A stretch of DNA of 64,000 bases from Azolla caroliniana (taxonomy: Eukaryota > Plantae > Polypodiophyta). The position numbers and the translations under genes were made by a program. The notes below the pieces were generated by a model, which saw only the letters and a list, made by a program, of their open reading frames with translations, searched no databases and had not been told where the DNA came from. The stretch is from the NCBI GenBank assembly GCA_043228905.1, contig JBHGNT010000001.1:34038001-34102000 (forward strand). The letters run 5' to 3'. Below are positions 1 through 12,692 of the stretch, one piece after another. Numbering within the stretch: the first letter of the stretch is position 1; each line of letters opens with the position of its first letter.

Positions 1-5
1 TGCAG

Positions 6-743
6 GGCACAAAAGGAGCTTTAAGAGACGAGATCCTTCACAACCTTCATGTTCCCGTCATGTTTGTGCAAGTGAGATCATATAACTAACCTCAAATTCC
101 TTTTTTCAAGATATAGAGTGGATAATAATTCAACTTTCGTTTAATAGTTCTGATGTTTTTCCTTATAGTCTGGATTGGCTGGTCATTTAGTTCTATTTGG
201 AGATGCTTTTAATATAATTTCGATGACCATTTAACTCATTTTCAATGGTTTTGGCACATGATCATTTGCTGATGGGTTTGTCACCTTTTTTATTTAATTT
301 TGTATGATCATTTTTATTTATTTTAGGACATTTTCTTTTGGGTGATTAGTTCTTTTTTTAAACAATTTTCCTATTTATATTTTGTTTACATTATTCTTTT
401 AGTTCTTTGTTTGATTATTTTGTTTCAATTTCTTAGACTAATTTGGGTGACTCAAAGTTATATTTTGTTGATGAGTTTCATACAATGTTAGGGAAGTAAG
501 GATGCATTATGCCCGTTAGATAAGTTAAAGGGAGTTTTGGCAAAGTTGAGCTGCATCACAAAGCTTCACATCATAGAAGGTGGCGATCATTCTTTCAAGG
601 TGGGCAAGAAAGCACTTCAAGAATGTGGAAAAAGCCAGGAGAAACTAGAAGAAGAGGCAGTTGAGAGCATCCAAATGTTTTTGGAGGAATCTGTTGATGT
701 ATATCACACAACGAATGTGAATTTACTAAACAAAAAAAGCTAA
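6..743 (+). CDS. 3' end (last two exons, 6-71 and 492-743) of an alpha/beta-hydrolase, TEX30/KANSL3-like
   Basis: cag|GTKGALRDEILHNLHVPVMFVQ|gt...tag|GSKDALCPLDKLKGVLAKLSCITKLHIIEGGDHSFKV...*. The P-V-x-F-V-Q-G-x-K-D (acid) and EGGDHSF (His) motifs fit this hydrolase family. The 5' part lies before the window. Confidence 0.75.
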
Positions 744-1371
744 AGTGATATGGAGCAACTTAATGATAGATTTTGGGTAACTTTTGTAGAGCATTAGTAG
801 ACTTCTCAGTGCATCATCAGTTTTTTGTTGTTTCATCAGTATGGTATATTTCTTATGAAAGTTTCTAGGTTCTACTTGATACAGATTTTGAGTTTAAATA
901 TGAAAAAGAAAATATTTTTGAGTTTATATCTATAGATATATATTGTCTTGGTTTTCATACACAATATGGATGATGTGCAATATGATTTCATGGGTTATTT
1001 CCATGCACAAGATCTGACTCAATAAATGGTGGTGTTATCTGTAGAATGCATGCCAACAAAAGTTTTTTAAGCGTAGTGAAAGATGTGGTCATATGTATGT
1101 AAATATGTTAAATGTAATCTCAGATAGCAGGTGTTTTATGATGCAATATTCAATGTTCACTTTCAATCATTCTGTTTGGTTACCACACAATTACAAATAT
1201 AAATTAGAATCATCATCTCCAACCAATTCCTAATTTGATAAAAAGGAGTTTCTTTCCACATGATACATATGAAAGCAACCAACCATCCTCGGTATAATAT
1301 GATTGTGTATTTCGACAAAAACAACTCAAGTGGAGATCCTTAATTATATCTAAATTCTAATGTTTCTTGAT

Positions 1372-4300
1372 CTAAAAGCACTTCTTGTGGACAATGCTAG
1401 GGCCTGATTCATCATAATCTCCTTTCGATATATGTTGGTTCTGAGGAAACACGACCTTGGCTAATATTGCCCCACCCATCCATGCAGAATACCTCAAAGT
1501 ATTTTCTGGCATATATTCAGGTGGCTGTAAAAACATAGAAGTCACAGCACAAAAGGTGAGTTTTGTATCAGACTCTTTATATCTTTAGATGATGATGATG
1601 ATGCAAAGTAAAAATACATAAATGAATATCCAGAAGACATTCCAAAGTTTCGTCAATTAGACTATCTATGTCTCTCATATTTCCTGTTCATAAGTCACAG
1701 CTGATGCCACCCTATGATCGCATCAAGACAAGCTAACGAAGACCCAAACCCCCTGTGTTCTATAGACTTCATTATAAGTTTTCAGGGAACCATAGGTCAT
1801 ATTAGCTCTGCGAAATGTCACAATTTTCTGAAACCAGTTGGCACCAGAACAGATGAAGTACAAAGCCAGCAATAAATGGCTTAAATGGAATAGCTGAAAA
1901 GGAAAGCAATTGTTGCAACCCTATAAACCTCACAAAACTTGCGCAGCAGTTAATGATCCTATTTCTTTAAGCTACACTACCTTTGGTGTCAAAAACAGAA
2001 ATTGATTGAATGCAAAACATCAAGTTCCTGGCAATATACAAATACAAAATGAAGGATAATGTTCGATATGACAATAACAAAATAGAAAATACCTTGACCA
2101 GAGTAGGTCGGATTGAAGGTGTTGCAAGAAGGTTTGCTTCTTTCTGAAATCGAGCATCAAAGCCTGTAGAAAAGGCTCTGAGAATTAATAATTATTACAT
2201 CCACCTTTACTTGAATTATATAAGTCCAGTGAGGGTACCTTGCATTGTAGCTGTGCCTCCACAAACCACAATATTCTCAAGTAGTTGTCTTTGATTTTCT
2301 GATGGTACACATAATGATACACTGCGAAAGAGGGAATCTACAATATTGAGATCCTCAACCTGTAATAATGATGGTTGAAATAAAGCCTCACCAACTGTGT
2401 ATCTTTCCTTGCCAATAGCAATAACCTGTTCATATTAGATGTAACAAAATTGTTGAAATAATCATTGTAACCTGTAACAGGAGAGATTTTCAAAGAAGCT
2501 CAAGAAGCATTTTACATTCCACAATGTGTACTTCCAATAAAGAATCAAATTCAATATATCTGACTATCCCAAAAAAATGTAGTTTATAACGAAATAAATG
2601 GCATATTCGTTAAAATATCATCATATACGAAACATCGTATGTTTAATGATGATAATTACCTATGAAGGATCAAAGAAGATAAGAATGTATGGAAGCAGGG
2701 ATTTGCATGATAGGTACAATGTCCCAGTACCAAATGAAGCATAAACTCATAACAATATCCTTAGGAAGAAAGAATGCAAAAATCTTTGGTGAATGATGTC
2801 CCAGAATGGTATTCTCCGGCTTAGACCATGTAGTCATCAGAAACAAGCCTGACATAAGGTAATAGAGAAAATGCATTCATCTTTAGTGTAACATTATTCA
2901 TAATCATATTTGTTTTCTGTAGTTTCCATGGGTAGAATAGCATTATGGAACCATTAAGCATGACAAACAAATTACAGGATACTAGCAAATCAAAAACCTC
3001 AGCAGGACATTCATTATTTTTTGCCCAAAAAACAAACCTGACCATCCGGTAAAATATGTTCCTCTACTGAGCAAGACTCCATAGCTGTGGCATAATCTTC
3101 CGAAACCACTGCCGCTGTCTCTTTTAATAACTCTGCAGTAGTAAAGTCCAACTTCAGCTCTGGATCTTGTTTACTCATTTCCTTCAAAAGAAGCCTTGTA
3201 AGGTCTTCACCACCAAGCTCCATTCTTTTTGCACAGTTATGCTGCACAGCACCCTCCCAAACAGGTACAATATCTGAAATAAAACAACCAATACAGCCCT
3301 GCCAACCATTAAGTCAGTTAAAAGTACAAACCAGAACGACCAAAACTACAGTTTAGATGTTGTTTGAGACTTGCCTATCATAAGTTCGAATTTCACATAT
3401 ACACAGATATTTTTGAAGCGAATTCAAAAGATCCATTCAAAAGCGAATTCAAAACTTATCAGCCATTCACATTATGTACACAAATGTGTGCAGATTAGTA
3501 AGACATATTCTTATAGAAAGATGAAAAGTAATTCTGGTGCATGCTATTGATGCCACTTAATCTATGACAAAGAAAAAAGAAACCATTCCTCGTGGTTGAA
3601 GAATTGACATTAGTTCATAGAATTACATGACATGTGACATGTTTTCTAAATTACTGCCTCCTAAATCGTCTACAAAACCCAATATCCCATTCAAAACAGA
3701 AGTACATTCTATCCCGCCAATGTAGCGGTATGACAGTATATCTCGCTGTTTAAAAACATTTTTCCAGCCAACAAAGGTGGCAAATTTCCCTTTTATAAGT
3801 TGAATTCACATTTAGTATCTCTAAAATGCCAAATATATCTGAACAGATTCATTATGATGAACTTACTTGATACAGACAATTTACAATCTAGATGCCCCAA
3901 TTAGCAGATATAGTGAGGCATGCAAACTATTACCTAGCATTCAAGGAATCTTCAACTTAAAAGAAACCTACAACTGCACCATACTTCAAGTTGATATCCT
4001 GGTTACGGATTCAAAGAAACATAAACAAGTGAACAAAAACAGTTTCTTCAGCATTGAAACCTAAGCTTTATTCAAGTCACATTGGATGCAACATAGGGCA
4101 GTGACACCTGTGGTGCACTTGAGTTAGTAACCTAAGCTGTATTAATCAATCTCTATCATTCTTTCCTCCCTAATGCTTTCATTGGTAGCTACTGAGGAAA
4201 TCCCTCTGAACCAGTGACTACACTGTCACAAATCTCAGGAGGCCATCCAATAAACTAGCACGAATAACAAAGGAGGCAACGAGCAGAATTATGTTTGCAC

Positions 4301-6505
4301 ACAAATCCTACAGAAACATACCTGTCTTCCCATGTCCAACATCAACTGCACATCCAGAGATTCTCCCCACTGAATAGAGAGAAAGCACAGCTTGCTCAAC
4401 TGCATATAGGCCAGTAACATTAAAGGTTTCAAACATGATTTGAACCACCTTCTCTCTTGCAACCTGAAAGAGTGCCAAACCAGATCAATGACATGAAGGT
4501 GTTAAAAATAGCAATGGTAGCCCATTCCATAAAATCACAATAACACAAATAAGAGTGAATTACTATACATCAGATGATAAATTATTGGTTTAACCAGAAA
4601 CAGTTATGATATAATGACTTTCAAAACAATTTCCCAAATCTTCATACAACAAGCTAAGCATAAATGTATGCATTAGGACTCGGGGTCTACTTTATCTCCT
4701 TTCTATCTAAGCTCATTACATAATTTTATTCTACTTATTTGCAACACTATTACAATCAGTGACAATATCAGAATATGAAATAAGCTTGTTGCATATAGAA
4801 TTGACCTTCACAATCAGAGTTAGTAATTTAAACTTCATGTACAAAGTATAAAATTTTAACTTCATCCATTTGATATTTTTATAATATAAGGTTAGAGTAT
4901 AAGTCATGAGCAATATCATCGATCTACATCATTAGTTTATAACACTAAGGAACTGAGTTAATAAGCCAGCTATGAGTCATTTTTTATGAAAAAATGTTAA
5001 AACCACAATAGGTTTAAATTCAGTAAAAAATATTGCAAATTCTCCTTCATATGTCAGAACTTTATATTCACGATTTATTTAGTAGAATATACTTCTGTAT
5101 TGTCAAGATGCAATTTACATTGGGCAGGTGTATCTTTACAAGTTCAGAAAACCGCTGAGGAAATACTGGAAATACAAGGAACAATCTTCACGCCGATGAT
5201 GCCAAGTTTTGGCAATAATAAGCAGACATATTCTATTAAATATTTTTAGCATTGAAGAGTGAGTATGTATAGAAGTAATGCAGATAAATCATAGCTGATG
5301 TTTGAGTCTTCGATATAGCCCAATTTGTTGTATAACATAGTGAGCTTGAATCTCATTGCCCACAGCACAAGTTGAAACTCAAGATACATTAGAGTTCATG
5401 ATTGTATAAAACTTTCTTGTGACACCAAGAAATGGATATATCTAATTCTAAACTACTAAGACTGTAAAATCTGAGTGCATCCTTTGTCTTATAATCAGCT
5501 GAGAAGCTGCCAACACAGCAAATATAGCTCCATGTGGGATTAGCTATAGATTCTATTTGCAAAAAAGAAATTGGTTTCATAATGTTTATCCGTTTTGCTA
5601 GAGCCATTGCAACAGGTTACCTGACATAGTTTCTTTTAACATGAGTAAACCACTGTCACTTTGCTGTTATAACGTCATCCGCTATCTTATTCCATGTTCC
5701 CATGTTTCTTTTTGTCAAGACTCAAAACCAAAAGTCAAGATATTGATCTGTACCTTGGGTGTTAACAATGGCTCTGTGAAGAGAACTTGACCTTCATTTC
5801 CTGCTTCCCATCCTAATCCAGTATAGAATATGTAGCGCCACAGATCCTCCATAACATCCCAATCCTTGACCATGCCTCTTACAATGGGATTCACCATGTC
5901 TTCAAATGCAATTTCTTCATCTTCATTTTCTGCCTTCTCAGGATCTCCTTCTTTGGCCTTCACCAACGCGGTTGAGCACACCTGCATACAATCATAACCG
6001 TAAACACTGATATCAGTTCTTTCTTTTGCCTTCATCATATCTGTCAAATGTGAGCTCGGAAAAACGCAAACATGACCATAAATCCATAAGCCAAACAGTT
6101 TCACGTTTGTCCATCATAACTCGAACTTGCAAACTGGGACAAAATATCTAATTAACCAATTCTTTCACCCTAAATTGATTGATTCTGGGGGGTCAAACAC
6201 CAATCTGTAATGAGACCTAGGAAAACCCTAAATTTGATCAGATCTTTGAATGAGAGCTCAACAAAACCCTCGATTTTCACATTTATGTGAAATGAGATCT
6301 CAGAAATTCCCCCAGACCTTCCTATGGTCTTCACCATATCTGTGAAATGTGATTCTGGAAAGCCTTTAGCATATCTGTTAAGGAGAGGTTCGAAAAACCT
6401 TAAAACGGCATTTCTTGTGTCAGGTTATTTTTGTTGCTATTCACCATACCTTCAAACGAGAATTCAAAAAAAAACTAGTTTTCTTTTTCTTTTGGCATCC
6501 AGGGG

Positions 6506-6538
<33 letters not shown>

Positions 6539-6637
6539 ATGGGGGAGATAAAAACATACCATGGAAGGGTCCTGATCGGGATAAGCAAACCCTGCTTTGA
6601 CGAGCTTCGATCCGATGTCTAGCACAACAGGCTCCAT
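1372..6637 (-). CDS. ARP7: Actin-related protein 7 (nuclear ARP), 7 exons, ~364 aa
   Basis: Exons 6637-6560, 5981-5754, 4463-4322, 3273-3038, 2425-2239, 2163-2093, 1524-1372, all GT-AG and in frame (1095 nt). Starts [26 protein letters not shown], has [11 protein letters not shown] and [24 protein letters not shown], and ends [50 protein letters not shown], the plant ARP7-type C-terminus. Confidence 0.92.
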
Positions 6638-6678
6638 TGCTCTGTTCTCTCTGTCTGTCTCTGCTCTGTGCTCTGTTT

Positions 6679-6721
<43 letters not shown>
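6506..6721. repeat. (GA)n/(CT)n microsatellites in ARP7 intron 1 (6506-6532) and 5' leader (6682-6721)
   Basis: Visible dinucleotide runs. Similar CT/GA tracts flank the starts of the GTE, C2 and PCS genes. Confidence 0.9.
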
Positions 6722-6723
<2 letters not shown>

Positions 6724-7930
6724 CCTGCTCTGTGCTTTTTATCTCTCTGTTTTCCCCCCTACTCTTCACCCCTCTTAAAATTTTGCGAAGGAAGGAAATG
6801 TGGTATAGACAATAGACTATAGTTAATAATTAGGCAGTCAATAATGAGCTGGGGGTGCTTCTCAATGGGCTCCTCATGAGTCCTCATCAATGGGTTTCTA
6901 AATCCATGAAGGGTTTTTCTTCTTCACGATGCCCACACCATTCCAATGACGCGTAGGACACACGCGTGTGTTTCCGCACACTTAACACATTCCATATGCC
7001 GATCCAATCGAAACCCACATCCATCCACATCGTGTTAGTGCTTCTGCCTTTTGTCCGGCCTCAACCCAACCTCCATCGCTTTCCATATGACTTTTGCCCA
7101 CATTCTCTATGATGTGATGCTTTACATATTTCAGCCCATGTGCGACGAGGAAGAGATATATTGAATATATAGATTTTGTGTGACCAGCAAGCTCCTAGGC
7201 CTCGAGTATCATTCTCTATTGCAATGCTTTTGTCACACTTGAATGTTCTATTACATGACGCTATGCTAAAAAGAGAGAGCGATCTAAATCTTGTGCCAAA
7301 GGACCTACTATGATGTATTTGACTTGCATCTACTAATGGTATGGAAATTTATGCTTGTCTACGACATCTGCTATAATCTTTATTCCTTTCTGCAATAAAA
7401 AAGGATCTAACTATTGGGATGTTGCAAATCAGGCCCTCGAGGTCATTCCAACTACATAGTGCTCTTGAGGCTTGCATAATTGCCGTGATTCACCACCCTT
7501 CCTTGGATTCTTGCATTCTTTGAGAGACAAACAATGGACGGACACGCACTTAGGGATTCTTGCATTCTTAATGGACGGCCGAAAAAACAATGCAACACTG
7601 ACACATACACACATGTATGTGTACGTAAATTAGATGGGAGGTACTCCAAAGTACCCCCATCGAGTTTTGCTTTGTCCCCCCTGCCCCCGAAAGTGAGCCA
7701 TCGGAGAAGCTACAGAAGTCAAATCATTGCCAAGTTGCGGTGTGTGGACACAATTAGGGGCATTTAGGGAATTAAGAGAAACTCAGGGAAGTTTCTCTCT
7801 TCTTAGTACACACACACAGAGTAGTACTAATTACTCCTAGTACAGAAGACACAATACCCACATATATAGTACTTTCTCCTCATCTTCCCCCCCTAAGAGG
7901 ATCTCTCAATGATTTCATGGAAGCTTCAGA

Positions 7931-9810
7931 ATGAATCTACATCGCGTCTCCAGGTCTTCCTCTACGTCTTACCCTAATTCCCAGAATCTGGAGCTGTCTG
8001 CGAGATTCCGGCACGGGTTCCGATTCTTTTCACGAGGCTTAGATGGCTTCTATCAGGAGCTGGGTCTCTCAGAAGGAGCAACTTCCACAGAAGTGAAGCA
8101 AGCTTACCATCGCAGATCTCTCGAATGGTTTGTAATTTCTCACGCACATATTCAGTAATCTTGTCTGTTTTCGTTCTTCAGACTTTCCTTTTTTTTCCCC
8201 TTTGTCCTTTGTTAAAAACTTGAGATTTTATAATTAAGGTCTTAGTTATGAGATCTTCAAATAGTGGATTAAAATGGTTCAAATCTTCATACTCAGATAA
8301 TGGGTTGAAACACATTTCAGCGATGGGTTTAGAAGGGTACAATTACTGCATTAAAAGACAAATTTATTCTCATGCAAATAGTGGGTTTGAAATTTCTTTC
8401 AGTTTTTACATTCAAATAATGTTTTATTTTTTCTTGCCATTGTCTTTAGTTTTTTTTTTCCAAATGCGATCTTATAGATCATAGTTGTATGTTGGATGTA
8501 TTCAAACAATTTAAGAGAAAGAGCATTTTGAAAACTGAACAAATAGTTGTATTAAACCAAGAAGTAAACAAATAATTGTATAAAGGAAATTAAGTGGTAT
8601 ACAAATAGCTGCATTACACTGCTTAAAATCCAAAGGAATAGATATATTAAATTAAATAAATAACGAGTTGCTATGTTTTGTGCATTTATCCTTGAGTTTG
8701 TGCATGGCATAATTATGCATCCTTTTATTGTCATTTCATATGTAAACAAAAGTTGTATTAAAAGAATGCAAGAGGATACACAAATAATAAAAATATTCGA
8801 AAGCTGAATAAATAGTTTTATTGCAGCGTTTAAGAAGTAAACAACAACTATCTAAAGCACATAAGGGGCAAAACAAATATTTGTATCAAAACATGTACAC
8901 ATTGAACCAACAATTTAACATAAATACATGATGGTATTAAAGCATTTGAGAGGTAAACAATACTGGGTATACCGTAACTTTTCACACAGTTGTATCCATC
9001 CTGGTCTGCATACTCTTCTGATGGCAATTCTCAACAATGTTGAAGGTATCTTAGATGTGATTTAGAGACGCATAGTCAAATGCTGAGTTGCCCAGCTCCT
9101 GCATTTTGAGTGTTTTGCACTTTTCTGTAATTTGGAAGAGATGTGAACTATGGGAGTCCTTGTGATTAGATGTGATTGAGCAATCTCATTCAGATTGTGG
9201 CCTTAATAATTATAGCTATTCTCACCTCCAAATAATGGATGGCTATATTATCTTCTCCCTTTACATTTGCATGGTATAATTATGCAACTTCAAATAATGG
9301 GTTGTTTTTTTGTGAGCTCATCTTTTGTTGTTTATTTCGTTTGGGTTAAAATTGACATGATTCCACAGTATGATGCCACAGTATGGCAAACTCGTTTAGT
9401 TTTTATAAAAAGAAGTTCTACAAATGGTTAACTGGTTGTTTATCTATCTCTTCACTTGTACATTCAGCCATCCTGATTTACATAGTAACGATGGCAAAGA
9501 GTTTATGCGGGTTACCGAGGCATATAAAATGATAATGAGTGGCAGAGGGCGTATAAGGAGGGTTGGAGTTTCATCAACATCAACAGAAACAAGGATATTT
9601 CAAGGTCCAAGAGCTTTCTTTTGGGTCAGCATTATGTTGGGAGTTGTGTTGTTTGCATATCCTTTAAACATGTATATGGATAACCGAACAAGGGTTTCAC
9701 GTGGGGACGAGCCTTCTAGATTTGTTGAGCCTACACGAGATGTTGTGAAAAGAGAGCGCATTGCCGCCATTCTCTTGGAGAGACAAAGACAAGAGAAGGA
9801 CCGAAAATGA
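7931..9810 (+). CDS. Small DnaJ/J-domain protein with predicted N-terminal organellar transit peptide and one TM helix, 2 exons, ~179 aa
   Basis: Exons 7931-8127 and 9468-9810 join to give FYQELGLSEGATSTEVKQAYHRRSLEC-HPD-LHSNDGKEFMRVTEAYKMI (J domain with HPD). N-terminus is S/R-rich. Hydrophobic segment AFFWVSIMLGVVLFAYPL follows. Confidence 0.85.
8490..8960. repeat. Degenerate short-period repeat (core AACAAATAGTTGTATTAAA) in the DnaJ intron
   Basis: Variants aacaaatagttgtattaaa, aacaaataattgtataaa, tacaaatagctgcatta, aacaaaagttgtattaaa, aacaaatatttgtatcaaa recur at irregular spacing. Confidence 0.55.
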
Positions 9811-10858
9811 GGACTTCAGAGTGGTGAGTTATCTCCCATATGGTCGTTTACGCTACAATGTCTGCCTACTACAATCTCTTATGGTACATGAAATGTGGTA
9901 ATCCCCCTTTTCCTTTTTTTTATCTATTGTGTTTTTGTTGTGTTCTTTTTTCTTGTAAAGAAACCCCCTTTTCGTCATTCCTTAAGGATGGAGTTGGCAG
10001 TTCAAATATTATGCTGTATGTAAGTTGGTATTATGGATGTATGGTAGGTATGGTGGATGATAGTATTTATATATGTATAGATGGTAGGATGTATGCATGA
10101 ATAGGTGGTCGAATATATGTATTGCTGGATGGATGGTCTGCTGTGTCAATGGATATATATATATATATATATGGTTGTATGGATGGTATTTAATATCTAC
10201 GTATGGTAGTAGTGTACTAGAATAATGAAATAATGCATGGATGGGTGTGCATGGTAGTAAGATAGTGTGTACTAGTAAAGTATGGATGGGTGTATACTGC
10301 TGCAAGATGGAGTATGCTTCTCTCTATGCACGCATGTAAATGTTTTATACTGTAAATGATTTGTGAATTTACACTTTATCTTGCTGATTTTTCGTCCAAC
10401 AGATAAAAGCTAGCTTTTTAGGAGGATCTTCTCACGAGAAACAAGTCTTATCATCTCTCCATTTATATAGAAGCATGTAATTATATAAGTTTCCCATTTG
10501 GTTGTGAAAACCAATTATGTAGAATTCTAAAACTTACTTGGCTTCATTTTTATCACATTAATAAATGACTTGAACAAGAAATTTGTTGATGATGTTAAAG
10601 ACATCTAGGCTTCTAATTTGTAAACATGACACTTATGATAATGATAAGCAAATAACACACTTATGATAATTATTATAGTGAAGAGTGAATATTCAGGAAT
10701 CTTCACATGTTTCTTCTCTTATTTGATAAACTAAATCAGTCCTGAGTTTGTCTTTAAGAAGATGGATCATAGCACTTCCTTTCACAACACCATTCTAATT
10801 ATTCAACCTTTTGATAAAATTTGTTTCAATAATTTTTTCCAGGTTGAGCACACATCTT

Positions 10859-11127
10859 TATGCATTCTTTTCACATATTTGATGTTGTTGGTGTACTTTG
10901 GGTTCTCTATTCAAGGGTTTTGATTAATTGGGCGACATAATCTTCTCTCAACCCATTGCATAGAAATGGAAGGATAGTTTAGGTTACCCATGTCTTTGAG
11001 GACAAAACATTCAATGATATGCATTCTTTTCACACGTTTAATGTTATTGGTGTACTTTGGGTTCTCTATTCAAGGATAGAAATGGAAGGATAGTTTAGGT
11101 TACCCATGTGACAAAACATTCAATGAC
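10859..11127. repeat. Two-copy tandem duplication, second copy with internal deletions
   Basis: tatgcattcttttcaca...ggtgtactttgggttctctattcaagg...atagaaatggaaggatagtttaggttacccatgt...gacaaaacattcaatga occurs at ~10859 and ~11018. Confidence 0.85.
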
Positions 11128-12692
11128 ATCCTGACAGAGGGCACATGATCAACAATTAGAGGCACATGATTTTCCTATAGCACTGATCGTTTTACATTCA
11201 CCAATTTAGCAATAGCACTCATGAAGAATGGGGCATATACTTGCTATAAAATCTGTGTTTTCTCAACATTTCTTATAGTCTTATGCACTTGTTAATTTTC
11301 AAAGAAGGATGATATCATATATAGATATATACATTGGCACAGATAAACATAAGGTGTTGTGCTCTTGAGTACATGGCTGCATCATAATTATTGATAAGCT
11401 GCTAAAATGATTCTCACATTATGGTTTTCTAAAACAGATGCGTATTCTGAAATGGGCATTACAAAGTAACGCATGGGGTGGGTAATCTTATACAGCATGT
11501 ATTCTAGAAGGCAAAATACACACATGCCGTGTAATTTTTAAGTCTCTCCATTTTGCAGTTTGTACATATTCAAAGAAATCTACAACGCAATTGATTTGAA
11601 AATTCATTCAAGAAATAATAATTTATCAAAAATATAGGTTCAAAGTAAGAAATATGGGCAAACCTGCCAAACGTGACACATCGCATGTAAGAAATAAGCT
11701 TGTCACACACACCACATCACTGTAAGATAACTAGTCTAACACCAAAACGAATACCCCACATTTGCCCCATGCCCCACTATTAGAAAACAAATTCATTAGT
11801 ACAAAAGGTACTATCAGTAATAGAGAATCCCTCTTATTTCCCAAATGAGTTTACATAGTAGTAAACTACTATGCTGTCACCGCCAATCTCCAAAATTGCC
11901 CTCTCGATTGGAACATTTATTAGTAAAATTATGGAATATATCTGACTCACCCCTCAATTTCACATACCTTGTAAAAAAATTCAAATAATTAGTACTAGAA
12001 TTATTAGGAAGCAATCTTAATTATTGCCGCAGCCAATCAATTAAAATATATGAGAAACACTTCTCATGCCAATGCTTAGTAAAAAATCCTATCAATCTGT
12101 TTCTGCAAACAAATGATTGTCAAAACTGATTCTCCTATTATTTCATGTTTTTGGGAATTGTGGCCTCAAATGTCTTGCAATTTTGGCTGCTTAAATATTT
12201 ACAAGGGGATCCAATACATGTTGAAAGGATCCAAAAACTTTTCAACAAATCTCTTTCATACAGCTTAATCCACAACTCACATCATCATTCTTACCTGTAC
12301 AATTTTGCTTGAATAGTCACGGTATATTTTTCCTCATCAAGCACCGCATAATGATAATGATTACGAAATGTCAAAATGTTTCTTTACCACTGCAGACTGG
12401 GACAAAATTGATGCTTTTTTAAAAATCCAAATAGGTTTCTCCTTATATTTCTTGCATATACTGACCGAAATGATTCTTTTGATCCCAAAAAATGACTTTC
12501 CTTCATCTTTGCTTCTTCTGACAGAAATTTGATGCTTTCGATCCACACAAGATTAACTTACTCAAAATATCTGGCAAGGAGAACGGGCTGATCATAGTAT
12601 GCTATTTGAAATGTAAGCATTCATTTAGCAACAAACTTGTAACAGTAATCCCCATCACAGAGCTTTGTACCAATATCCTACATCACAGAGCT

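Noticed and set aside
7012-7034. CCCACATC/TCCACATCG resembling the plant snRNA USE element
   Set aside because: Not the full RTCCCACATCG, no correctly spaced TATA, and no recognisable snRNA downstream.
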